Shown here piece by piece: positions 18,569 through 26,342 of a stretch of DNA of 43,385 bases. Position 1 is the stretch's first letter. Each line of letters starts with the position of its first letter. The DNA comes from a virus (taxonomy: Duplodnaviria > Caudoviricetes): the IMG/VR virus record IMGVR_UViG_3300016667_000768, positions 1 to 43,385 of that record; one strand, given 5' to 3'. The position numbers were made by a program, and so were the translations under genes. The notes under the pieces are model-generated. The model saw only the letters and a list, made by a program, of their open reading frames with translations, was not told the DNA's origin and did not search any database.

Positions 18569-18694
18569 TTTCCAATAAATTACTGCAATAATTTATTGAA
18601 GTTGTTTTTATTAACTTAGTTTATTCAATGATGATAATAAATAAACCGGGGCTATTGTCCCAAAAAAGCAAAAAAAGCGCAACCCTTCAGACAT

Positions 18695-18751
18695 AAAAAA
18701 GCCCGCTACGACCATGCAAGGAAAAGCAACAAAACCAAGCCGGGAGCGGGC
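18695..18751 (-). terminator. Long-loop terminator/attenuator downstream of the leftward promoters
   Basis: Minus strand GCCCGCT...AGCGGGC followed by TTTTTT. Confidence 0.55.
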
Positions 18752-18758
18752 AGGCCAG

Positions 18759-18809
18759 ATTATAACAGAAACGCGCCTGCGTGATACAACATGCGCCCAC
18801 CAATGTCAA
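18759..18809 (-). promoter_or_regulatory. Tandem leftward sigma70-like promoters facing terS (candidate late promoter)
   Basis: TTGACA-N17-TATCAC (18809..18781) and extended -10 TGTTATAAT (18767..18759). Confidence 0.55.
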
Positions 18810-18854
18810 CATTTTTGCACACAAAAAAAATCATCATTTTATTGATTAAACCTG

Positions 18855-18882
18855 TTGACTTTAATCTGTGATGGTGTACAAT
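18855..18882 (+). promoter_or_regulatory. sigma70-like early promoter
   Basis: TTGACT-N16-TACAAT with an AT-rich upstream tract. Confidence 0.7.
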
Positions 18883-18929
18883 GTTCACCAAGTCGAGCAA
18901 TTCAGCACGGCACCTACCGGAGAGACAAC

Positions 18930-19532
18930 ATGGCTAAGATGACCGCAGCAGCAGCAAACGAAGCCCGCGACCTGATTAACAAGGGATTTATCAAGGTTAC
19001 TTTAAAAGGTTGTGAGGCCGTTGTTTATTACGGCATCAACGAAGATGGAAGCGTATCGGCGCGAGGCTATGTTGGCGCATCTATAAAAGCAAAATTTTTC
19101 AACCTTTACACAAGCTTGAACGCGGCCGCCAAATTGATTGCAAAATGGCAAGCCGAATTACAGAAAAACTTTTCTTATCGGCAAGAGCAAAAGCAAAAGC
19201 GTAAAGAGTTTAAGCATACCCTTGTTGAAGGGGATATTTTGAAAGCAATCTGGGGCTACGATCAAACAAACGTAGATTATTATCAGGTGACTCGCGTAGT
19301 CGGCGGGGCATCCGTTGAGATTCGGAAAATATGCAAAGTTCGTGAGGAAACCGGCTACATGTCTGGAACTTGCGCCCCTGCACCCGGTGAATTTATCAGT
19401 GAGCCTATGATTCGGCGCGTAGGCAATGGAAATTGTGTACGGGTTGATTGCGCCACCGCGTCTCCTGCCAAGTTCCAAGAAATTGCAGGGATAAAAGTCT
19501 ATGGCGTTGATGAATGGACAGCATACGCCTAA
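18930..19532 (+). CDS. Hypothetical early protein; likely start MAKMTAA at 18930
   Basis: ACCGGAGAG RBS; GDILKAIWGYDQTNVDYYQVTRV motif. Confidence 0.8.
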   Translation: MAKMTAAAANEARDLINKGFIKVTLKGCEAVVYYGINEDGSVSARGYVGASIKAKFFNLYTSLNAAAKLIAKWQAELQKNFSYRQEQKQKRKEFKHTLVEGDILKAIWGYDQTNVDYYQVTRVVGGASVEIRKICKVREETGYMSGTCAPAPGEFISEPMIRRVGNGNCVRVDCATASPAKFQEIAGIKVYGVDEWTAYA

Positions 19533-19576
19533 TTACCACCAAGCCCCGACCACCATCGGGGCATTGATAAAAATAG

Positions 19577-19604
19577 TTGACTTTATCCTGCCATCCCGTA
19601 CAAT
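19577..19604 (+). promoter_or_regulatory. sigma70-like early promoter (second copy)
   Basis: TTGACT-N16-TACAAT; flanks resemble the 18855 promoter. Confidence 0.7.
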
Positions 19605-19649
19605 CAACCAATGCCCGGCATGTCGCCTGGCTCAACCGGAGGAAAAATC

Positions 19650-20042
19650 ATGAAAATCAAAATCTGTGCCGAAAACGCTGAAAAAATCAACAAAATCCTT
19701 GCCGACGTAAACGGCAAGGCAACCGAGCACACGTACACCAGCTGGATAGAGCTTGAGATGTTATCAATGGCGGCTGAAAAGGCCGCTCTCAAGCTCCTTT
19801 CAAAAAAAGAGGCAATCGGTGCCGAATACGTTTCGACCTCCGGTGCAAAATTACCAAACTCATATAATCACCCCAGAAAAGTCACGAACATTAAGATTGT
19901 TCGAGGCTCTTCCGCTTGGTTTCTTGTAGCGGTGTCATCCTCTCAAGCCTGGAACGCTGAGGGTCACAAGCGCCTGATTCTGACCGCCGAGCAAGACCGC
20001 CTAGCGGTTGAGCGGTTTCGGAATCAGTACGCGACAATTTAA
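19650..20042 (+). CDS. Hypothetical early protein; likely start MKIKIC at 19650
   Basis: ACCGGAGG RBS and open frame. Confidence 0.8.
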   Translation: MKIKICAENAEKINKILADVNGKATEHTYTSWIELEMLSMAAEKAALKLLSKKEAIGAEYVSTSGAKLPNSYNHPRKVTNIKIVRGSSAWFLVAVSSSQAWNAEGHKRLILTAEQDRLAVERFRNQYATI

Positions 20043-20081
20043 TTACATCGGCCAGGGACGGCCACAACCGGAGAAAAAGCA

Positions 20082-20339
20082 ATGATCACTATTAAAACCG
20101 TAAACAAAACCGGATTGTCAGAGATTCGGGAGTTTTTAAGCAATACCCACGTGTTGTGAGATCGCGCAGGATTTGACAGTCTTGTTTATATTAGGGCATG
20201 GGCTCAAGAAGCCGAGTTCCAAATGAGCGAAGGAAACCCACCCACGATTGAAATTCGGTCATGGGATAGCCTTACCGGAAGAACTGAACTTTATACAATC
20301 TCTGATGCGGGAATCAGCACAGAAATAATTAATAATTGA
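20082..20339 (+). pseudogene. 85-codon gene interrupted by an in-frame TGA at codon 26
   Basis: ACCGGAG RBS. Reads MITIKTVNKTGLSEIREFLSNTHVL*DRAGFDSLVYIRAWAQEAEFQMSEGNPPTIEIRSWDSLTGRTELYTISDAGISTEIINN*, with TGA at 20157-20159. Confidence 0.7.
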
Positions 20340-20398
20340 AGTAATCAGGCAATCCGCCGAGCCTGTTTCAAATCGGCGGAAAAATACAGGAAAAAACA

Positions 20399-20596
20399 AT
20401 GACCGAAACAAAAAGAAAAGGCCGCCCCGCTCTCGGAGAAAAAACCCGAGTTCTGGCATCCATTACGCTTGAGCCCGCCGAGCTTGATTACGTGTCGAGC
20501 CAAGATGTAAAAAAGTCAATTTATATCAGCCGGTTGATTAAGGCTGATATGATCAAAACCGCTAAGAAGCTCTCTAAGGAGCTTCAGGAAAGCTAA
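20399..20596 (+). CDS. Small ribbon-helix-helix-like DNA-binding protein
   Basis: KRKGRPALGEK, then beta-strand ASITL and helices ending SIYISRLIKADM. Confidence 0.65.
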   Translation: MTETKRKGRPALGEKTRVLASITLEPAELDYVSSQDVKKSIYISRLIKADMIKTAKKLSKELQES

Positions 20597-20900
20597 AGAG
20601 GCTTTCAAGGTCCTTAAGGGCTGCCCCAGACTTTACAGTGTTGGTGGTAGCCCTCAAAACTTGCCAGCCTAAAATAACGGCTGCGTTTCCTTTCTCAATG
20701 TCCTGCACGATCCCTGAGCCCCGCCCGTGTCGCCCACCTGACCACACGCCCCCTTCGACTTCTACCGCTATCCGGTAATCCGGCCAGGCAAAATCGAACC
20801 GCCACCGCCGCGACGGGTGGAACCTGTACTCTCTGACCGGTACAGGCAAGCCAGCCGCTTTGATCTGAAAGGCTAGAGTTTCCTCGAGATTACTTTTCAC
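20574..20900 (-). CDS. PD-(D/E)XK endonuclease (DUF559/resolvase-like); likely GTG start at 20900
   Basis: EYRFHPSRRWRFDFAWPDYRIAVEVEGGVW...GWQVLR motif. Confidence 0.85.
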   Translation of the reverse strand: MKSNLEETLAFQIKAAGLPVPVREYRFHPSRRWRFDFAWPDYRIAVEVEGGVWSGGRHGRGSGIVQDIEKGNAAVILGWQVLRATTNTVKSGAALKDLESLFSFPEAP

Positions 20901-21072
20901 GTTCCCGCAATTCCTGAAGAGCCTGAAACCGCGCCGCCGTTTCGGGGATCCCTTCGGCAACTTTGATCGCGACACGCTCACAGAATGCGTCCTCTATAGC
21001 CGCAACTCTAAAAGGAAAATGTTGTTTCAGCCATGCTGCATCCTCCTCCCATTTTTCGAGTGTGTCAGCCAT
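20890..21072 (-). CDS. Hypothetical protein (60 aa)
   Basis: In operon; FCERVAIKVAEG motif. Confidence 0.7.
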   Translation of the reverse strand: MADTLEKWEEDAAWLKQHFPFRVAAIEDAFCERVAIKVAEGIPETAARFQALQELREREK

Positions 21073-21084
21073 TCAGGATTGCCC

Positions 21085-21219
21085 TCACCTTTTCCACCAT
21101 ATTAATTTCACCTTTTTCACGCCACCGTTCGAGCCATTCCCGCCCGGTTTTGCGGCTAGGTAGAGAACGGATAAAACGAACGCGACAAACCACACAAAGC
21201 CAGTTATAAACAGGCCCAT
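21085..21219 (-). CDS. Small membrane protein (44 aa)
   Basis: Manually translated MGLFITGFVWFVAFVLSVLYLAAKPGGNGSNGGVKKVKLIWWKR*; TAATG coupling to the upstream gene. Confidence 0.55.
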   Translation of the reverse strand: MGLFITGFVWFVAFVLSVLYLAAKPGGNGSNGGVKKVKLIWWKR

Positions 21220-21818
21220 TATGATTGCACTCCGCCTTGTTCATTTTTCCTGATCGTCAATTCCAAAACCGCGAGAGCGTTCCACGCTTCATGAGCCAGA
21301 TGCAACAAGCCAGAATCTTTATCGTGGACTTCCCGCCCGGCCAACATGTGCCGAAGCTGCGCCGCCCGGTAGCGCGTGACCCCATCCTGGACGTATTGCC
21401 AGCCGCCCGGAGAGTATTTCCGCGCCCCAAAATCTGATACTTCAGCAACCGCATTCAAGGCCCGCGAAAAATCTAGCAGAAGGTCTGCCCTGATTTTTCC
21501 CGCGTCTAGCTTTGCGCCTGGTTCTGATGGAGCTAGGCCGGTGGGGTCTTGTTCCTCGTGTCCATCCATAATTATTTTTACTGTTGACCCTATTTCTTTA
21601 ATATCACGGTAATTATCGTATAAATGCGCCATGCATTCATCATAAGAATCAAACTCATAACAATCATTATGCCATCCGTCTTCATTGTCTATTGATTCTG
21701 ATAAAAATGTCCATTTTTTTATTATGCATTCATGCATGTAATGCAATATTTTTATAGAAAAATTTTCTTTTCCCTTATTACGTATTGCTTTATATTCATA
21801 TTGAATTATTCTGCTCAT
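21219..21818 (-). CDS. dATP/dGTP diphosphohydrolase-domain protein (DUF5664-like) with an AT-rich N-terminal extension
   Basis: GAKLDAGK, VAEVSDFGARKYS..GW, AAQLRH and DKDSGLLHLAHEAWNALA motifs. Confidence 0.85.
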   Translation of the reverse strand: MSRIIQYEYKAIRNKGKENFSIKILHYMHECIIKKWTFLSESIDNEDGWHNDCYEFDSYDECMAHLYDNYRDIKEIGSTVKIIMDGHEEQDPTGLAPSEPGAKLDAGKIRADLLLDFSRALNAVAEVSDFGARKYSPGGWQYVQDGVTRYRAAQLRHMLAGREVHDKDSGLLHLAHEAWNALAVLELTIRKNEQGGVQS

Positions 21819-22252
21819 TTTCCCGTACTCCCAAACCCGCCCGCACCTCTGTCAGTATCTCCCAATTCTTCAACCTCAAGCAATTCAGCCTGAAAAATCG
21901 GCATTATCACGCCTTGCGCGATTCGCTCGCCCGGATAAATAACGAGCGGGTTATAACCATCGTTTGTAAGCTTTACAGATATCGCGCCTCGGTAATCGGA
22001 GTCAATCACCCCGACACAATTTGCAAGCCGAACATCGTTATTAAACCCGTGACCCGACCGGGAAAACACGAGCATAACAAAACCCTCGGGTATTTCCACC
22101 GCTATGCCGGTGTTGATTTTCAGGGGCACATAGTTTTTTACTTCCGCTGGTGCAAAATCCAAAGGCGCAAAAAAATCAAACCCCGCCGCCCCGTCTGTTG
22201 CGTATTTTGGGGTTATAGCTTCACAGATAATCTTTTTATATTTTAGTTTCAC
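21815..22252 (-). CDS. dut: Trimeric dUTPase
   Basis: AAGFD, RSGHG, GVIDSDYRG, GERIAQ and RGAGGFGSTG motifs. Confidence 0.97.
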   Translation of the reverse strand: MKLKYKKIICEAITPKYATDGAAGFDFFAPLDFAPAEVKNYVPLKINTGIAVEIPEGFVMLVFSRSGHGFNNDVRLANCVGVIDSDYRGAISVKLTNDGYNPLVIYPGERIAQGVIMPIFQAELLEVEELGDTDRGAGGFGSTGK

Positions 22253-22383
22253 TTTAAAGCCCTCGCGGCTATCACGTCGAGATAAAATCTCGGCCCCTCT
22301 TTAGTGTAATTTTTTAACCACGCGATTTGTAATCTTTTTGACCTTTTCCACTTGTAAAGCTTTTTATTTCTGGATATTGTCAT
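22249..22383 (-). CDS. Small basic hypothetical protein (44 aa)
   Basis: Manually translated MTISRNKKLYKWKRSKRLQIAWLKNYTKEGPRFYLDVIAARALK*; 4-nt overlaps at both ends. Confidence 0.6.
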   Translation of the reverse strand: MTISRNKKLYKWKRSKRLQIAWLKNYTKEGPRFYLDVIAARALK

Positions 22384-22616
22384 TTTGTCACCTTTTTATC
22401 CTGAAAAAAATCAGGATTTTTTAATATAAAATCATTTTTGGCATTTTCAAGCATTTGCCAGGCAATTACAGCAGCCCGCGTATTTTTCATGTTTTTTATT
22501 TCTTTTTTTATTTCTTTTTGTGTTTTTTCTAAAAATTCATCAGGGTTGTTTTGCATTTCCTCATAGATTTCATTGATTGTAGAATTTACAAAATCAGCAA
22601 TTTTTTCAAAATTCAT
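22380..22616 (-). CDS. Hypothetical protein (AT-rich)
   Basis: ORF coupled within the operon. Confidence 0.65.
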   Translation of the reverse strand: MNFEKIADFVNSTINEIYEEMQNNPDEFLEKTQKEIKKEIKNMKNTRAAVIAWQMLENAKNDFILKNPDFFQDKKVTK

Positions 22617-22998
22617 TGTTTACCCCGTTACTTTCAAAAGAATCAATTAATTTAATAATATCCCTAAGCTGAAAAATTGTAAGCTTTTGGGATTCGATTG
22701 TTTTTATGATGTTGTAAGAATGTTTAATATATTCATCCCTTACCAAGCATAATGCTTCGTGCTCTTTCAATCTCTCCTCTGATGACTTTTTGAAAACACG
22801 CGCTGATAAATAAACTGATCCTATCTCTTTTCCGTCTGCTTTTCGAACTTTGGCCCCATCATCAGTTTCAAATCGAGAGGCCGTTACCCGCTTTACCCTA
22901 TAAACCACAAAATCAGGCTGATATTTTCCGGATGGTTTCCAGCCCCGGTTGAAATAATTGGCCTCAACAAAATCACCGACCTTAATATCCATAAACAT
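22606..22998 (-). CDS. Hypothetical protein (SH3-like beta-barrel start)
   Basis: DIKVGDFV start and VKRVTASRFET motif. Confidence 0.7.
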   Translation of the reverse strand: MFMDIKVGDFVEANYFNRGWKPSGKYQPDFVVYRVKRVTASRFETDDGAKVRKADGKEIGSVYLSARVFKKSSEERLKEHEALCLVRDEYIKHSYNIIKTIESQKLTIFQLRDIIKLIDSFESNGVNNEF

Positions 22999-23010
22999 TG
23001 CTTTATGCCC

Positions 23011-23268
23011 TCAAAAACCCTTAAAAATCTCAAACCTGTCTAGCCTGGTGCATTCCGGACATTTGACGCCGGATCGCTGGTAGCCGCCCTCAGATGGAAA
23101 CATTTTACATGTGCACTTGTCAACTTTTTTTAACAAGCTCGCCGCCGCTTCGTGGTCCTCGGGTGTTGCTGAACCGTCCAAGATTCGCATAAGCGCCCGG
23201 TCCTCTCCCCTCTTTCTTTCGTCAATCCGTCTGTAGCTCGATCTAAGCGATGATTCTGTCATAGCCAT
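23011..23268 (-). CDS. Hypothetical protein with a possible Cys4 zinc site
   Basis: CTC...CPEC. Confidence 0.65.
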   Translation of the reverse strand: MAMTESSLRSSYRRIDERKRGEDRALMRILDGSATPEDHEAAASLLKKVDKCTCKMFPSEGGYQRSGVKCPECTRLDRFEIFKGF

Positions 23269-24059
23269 TCATCCGTATCAGTTTCTAAATTTTGCGCTTC
23301 CTGATGGCTCTCAAGTGCCTTGCTTGCGGTTTTTGCGTCCATTCTCCGCTCCATTTCCGCCAGCTCGCCGTGAACCTTGTCCCAATCTACCGAAATTGGT
23401 TCTGGGTTTAGCATTTTTTTCAGAGATGCCACAAACTCAAGCGCTGCCCCCCTTGCCTGATGGGTCTCTGCGCTTGCCAGTAATCCGGCCACGTTCACGG
23501 GCTGCTGGTATTCCGCCGCCGTCAAGTAGAGCACCGCCTGATCCTGACTCAAACGCCCAAGCCTAACCGCCTCGCTCACCACGTCCTGGACATCACGCCC
23601 CGACCACCCTCGTGAGAGTTCCCAAACAACCGGCCTACCTTGCGCCCGGTTTTGTTCACAAAGCCGCTCGTATGCGCTTTTGAAAGCCATTCGCGCCCCG
23701 ATTCGGTCGCCGTCATCAAGCAATGGCGATGCCACCGCCCAAGCTTCGGCCATTTCGGTTGACCACACAATTGATTGATCCTCGCTCGTTGGCATCAATG
23801 CCCAGGCTTCGTCTGCCCCAATCCGTTGCTGTTGCGGGGTGTGCCGCTCAATCTGAGCAATCAGGTCGGCGGGCTTCGGTGGAAACTGCCCGCGCTGAGA
23901 ATCCGTCATGTGTGCGTCGATTGCGCCCAGGATAATGGCTAGGGGGTAGGCTGACAGTTGCCGAAAGGCCACCGCAATGGCTCGTTCTGACAGCGGTTTG
24001 TGAAAATCCCAGGCCGCCCCAAATGTTTCCGAGAATTTTTTATAGTCTGCTTTATTCAT
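23259..24059 (-). CDS. Putative replicative helicase loader; likely start MNKADY at 24059
   Basis: Directly downstream of the initiator; GQFPPKPADLI, GADEAWAL and GARMAFKSAYERL motifs. Confidence 0.7.
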   Translation of the reverse strand: MNKADYKKFSETFGAAWDFHKPLSERAIAVAFRQLSAYPLAIILGAIDAHMTDSQRGQFPPKPADLIAQIERHTPQQQRIGADEAWALMPTSEDQSIVWSTEMAEAWAVASPLLDDGDRIGARMAFKSAYERLCEQNRAQGRPVVWELSRGWSGRDVQDVVSEAVRLGRLSQDQAVLYLTAAEYQQPVNVAGLLASAETHQARGAALEFVASLKKMLNPEPISVDWDKVHGELAEMERRMDAKTASKALESHQEAQNLETDTDEWL

Positions 24060-24897
24060 GCGTACATACTCCCTCAAAAAAATCATCGTCATCTTCGCCA
24101 AAAAGCATAATCCGGGCGCGTTCTTCGGCTTCCTGGTTTAACTGCCCCACTGTTTTCCGCTCGTATTTTTTCGAGCTTGCCGTATCCGCCTGCCGCCTGA
24201 CCCAATTCCGAAATGTCGCATTCCAATCCAGCTTTGTGCCCTTTTGCCCCGGTAGGCTTGTCCAGTAATCCCGGAATCCATCCGTCACTCGGTCAACCGC
24301 TGTCGGTGATGTGTTGAGTTCACGAGCCGCCCATAGTTTCAGGTCGGCGGATGGTTTCCAGTCAGGGGGCAAGCGTGTGGCCCTGATTTTTTTTGCTGGT
24401 TGTGTGAACAAAGCAGGGGGGGAAGCTTCACGCGCGTTATTATTCTGTTCAATACTCTGTTCTATATTCTGTTCAATACTCTGTTCTTTGCGGGTTCCCG
24501 AATCAGGAACCCCCCCCCTTCCCGAATCAGGAACCCCCCCCCTTCCTAATTCGGGAACCGTTCCCGGATAAGGAACCGTTCCCAATTCGGGAACCGTTAT
24601 TGTGTACTCTGCTGCCCGGTTGCAGCCGCCGTCATTGCCTGATTTTTGCAGCCAGCCAAGTTTAACAAGTTCACTTGTTGCCGTGCTGATTTTTGCTAGT
24701 GAGTATCCGCAGCGTTGAGACAAAACAGAGCGCCTGACAGAAGCAAGCCCGGTGCTCTTGTTTCGGTAGGAAAATAAAGCGATTAGAACGCGAGTCTGAA
24801 TCAGGCTTAAACGATGATCCAAACTGATCTCAATTGGAACAATCGAGATGATAGGCTCACCATTCCCGTGGTGGGTTTGATATAATGATTCGGTCAT
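24052..24897 (-). CDS. Replication initiator protein (lambda O-like architecture)
   Basis: N-terminal winged HTH, central iteron-encoded repeats, and C-terminal RATRLPPDW...FRDYW...DWNATFRNWVRR domain. Confidence 0.85.
   Translation of the reverse strand: MTESLYQTHHGNGEPIISIVPIEISLDHRLSLIQTRVLIALFSYRNKSTGLASVRRSVLSQRCGYSLAKISTATSELVKLGWLQKSGNDGGCNRAAEYTITVPELGTVPYPGTVPELGRGGVPDSGRGGVPDSGTRKEQSIEQNIEQSIEQNNNAREASPPALFTQPAKKIRATRLPPDWKPSADLKLWAARELNTSPTAVDRVTDGFRDYWTSLPGQKGTKLDWNATFRNWVRRQADTASSKKYERKTVGQLNQEAEERARIMLFGEDDDDFFEGVCTHE
24444..24594. repeat. Replication origin: five 17-bp iterons plus adjacent 12-bp AT-rich repeats
   Basis: STTCC-N7-GGAAC at 24494, 24518, 24542, 24560 and 24578. 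TCTGTTCWATAY-like repeats at 24444-24486. Confidence 0.85.
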
Positions 24898-24898
24898 T

Positions 24899-24968
24899 TG
24901 ACTCCTAGACAGTCATTATTGATAGGAACCCTCGGGATCGTCACAATCCTTAGGGTTCCACCATTATA
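24899..24968 (-). promoter_or_regulatory. Initiator leader: -10 box, hairpin and RBS-sequestering stem
   Basis: Minus strand TATAAT, then GGAACCCT...AGGGTTCC stem, then TGACT-GTCTAGG-AGTCA overlapping AGGAG. Confidence 0.55.
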
Positions 24969-24974
24969 CCCCAT

Positions 24975-25214
24975 TCAAGGAGCCGCGCCGCGCTTATAGC
25001 TCCGCGTTTTGCCCTCTCCCACCGTCTCAATTCCCCGCTGATACCGCCGCAAACCAGGCTCCGCGCATATCTCCCGGATTGCGTTTAACTCGCTAGTTTT
25101 AAGCAGGCCCAGACGTTCAGCAATTTGAGCGGGGTACATGCCGCCTTGACGGAGGCAAATAACTTGTGATCTGGTGGTCACGTCAAGCCGCGCTATTTTG
25201 TTGTTGTGTTTCAT
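24975..25214 (-). CDS. Small HTH protein
   Basis: LRQGGMYPAQIAERLGL pattern. Confidence 0.65.
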   Translation of the reverse strand: MKHNNKIARLDVTTRSQVICLRQGGMYPAQIAERLGLLKTSELNAIREICAEPGLRRYQRGIETVGEGKTRSYKRGAAP

Positions 25215-25552
25215 TTTTTGTCTAAGTTCCAGGCAATGTTAAAAGTTTCCCCATCTTTTTCTTTCATGCCTATTTGAATATAAGAATGACTATTATCGTC
25301 ATGATATTCAAAATAGGAATATGTTTTGACATTGTCAAATTTTCCATATTTATGGGATGATAGCTCTCCTGTGGATGTGTAATAATTGCCCTTTACAAAA
25401 TAACCACTCCAGTCACCTTTAAAATAAATTGCTTCTGATTGGTCAAAAGCTATTATTATAAATTCAACGCCATCATTAACGTTGTGACGCAATAATCTGA
25501 AGGTGTTTTTTTTGCTTTTATAAAGTTCTTTTAGTGTTTCGTGTAGTTTCAT
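25211..25552 (-). CDS. Hypothetical protein (AT-rich); likely start MKLHET at 25552
   Basis: ORF within the operon. Confidence 0.65.
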   Translation of the reverse strand: MKLHETLKELYKSKKNTFRLLRHNVNDGVEFIIIAFDQSEAIYFKGDWSGYFVKGNYYTSTGELSSHKYGKFDNVKTYSYFEYHDDNSHSYIQIGMKEKDGETFNIAWNLDKK

Positions 25553-25556
25553 ATAA

Positions 25557-26339
25557 TCACCATATAACAGGCACAAACTCATAACCCGGTAAAATCAATT
25601 CTATAAACTGACCGAGTTTCCAATTAATGCGACGCGCCCACCAGTTAAGTGGGTTTTTTATAACCAGTTCATCCATTTTGCGCTCGCATTCTGTCACCGT
25701 TTCATTACTCAATGTTGTCATATTGTTTATTAAATAAATAGTTTCAGAGCGTATCAGTTCAATCTCGTCTTCTAAATCTTTCTGCTCTTTTTCCCTTTTC
25801 TTTTGCCGTTGCTCATCATAGATTTCTTTTACTGATTCGTTTTTGCATTCTGGGACAAAAGGATCAAGCCCCATGGCTCGCCGTTTCAGCCCCACTTGTT
25901 CATGGCTTCGGTTCAATATTGTTGCTATCTCAATATCAGTCTGGTGGCCGCAATTGTCGCGAATGTAATTAAGTTCCTGATCTGTCCACCGTTTAACCTT
26001 TATGATTTTTTCTCCTAAAATTGACGCTGAAGCTCGCTGTTTCTGCCTGTTTGAATTTCGACACGTGCGGCATGTCCCTACAATCCTGGTTTTTTTTGTC
26101 CACTCGTGAGAGGTCCAGAAAAACTTGAGGTCGTAGGTTTTTTTACAACACAGACAGGTTTTGTGTTCTGGTCCTGAAATTGATTCAAGTTCAGATAAAA
26201 TTCGTTTTATTTTAAACCTGACACCATTTGAAGTCCGGTCAAGCTCGGCCCCGAGTTCATAAATACTCATTTTTTTGTAATTTAAAATTAAAAAATCAAT
26301 ATCTCTCTGTGTCCATTTTCTTTCATTTCTTTTTATCAT
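25557..26339 (-). CDS. DNA-binding protein with two Myb/HTH-like repeats flanking a Cys4 zinc ribbon
   Basis: WTQRDIDFL...LDRTSNGVRFK and WTDQELNYI...LNRSHEQVGLK repeats; CLCCKK...CRTC. Confidence 0.7.
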   Translation of the reverse strand: MIKRNERKWTQRDIDFLILNYKKMSIYELGAELDRTSNGVRFKIKRILSELESISGPEHKTCLCCKKTYDLKFFWTSHEWTKKTRIVGTCRTCRNSNRQKQRASASILGEKIIKVKRWTDQELNYIRDNCGHQTDIEIATILNRSHEQVGLKRRAMGLDPFVPECKNESVKEIYDEQRQKKREKEQKDLEDEIELIRSETIYLINNMTTLSNETVTECERKMDELVIKNPLNWWARRINWKLGQFIELILPGYEFVPVIW

Positions 26340-26342
26340 GGT

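Noticed and set aside
20157-20159. Genome-wide TGA recoding
   Set aside because: Many genes end in TGA with ATGA coupling to the next gene, so the standard code 11 applies.
21219-21818. 2-aminoadenine (Z) genome
   Set aside because: No PurZ, DatZ or phage DNA polymerase was recognised in the complete genome.
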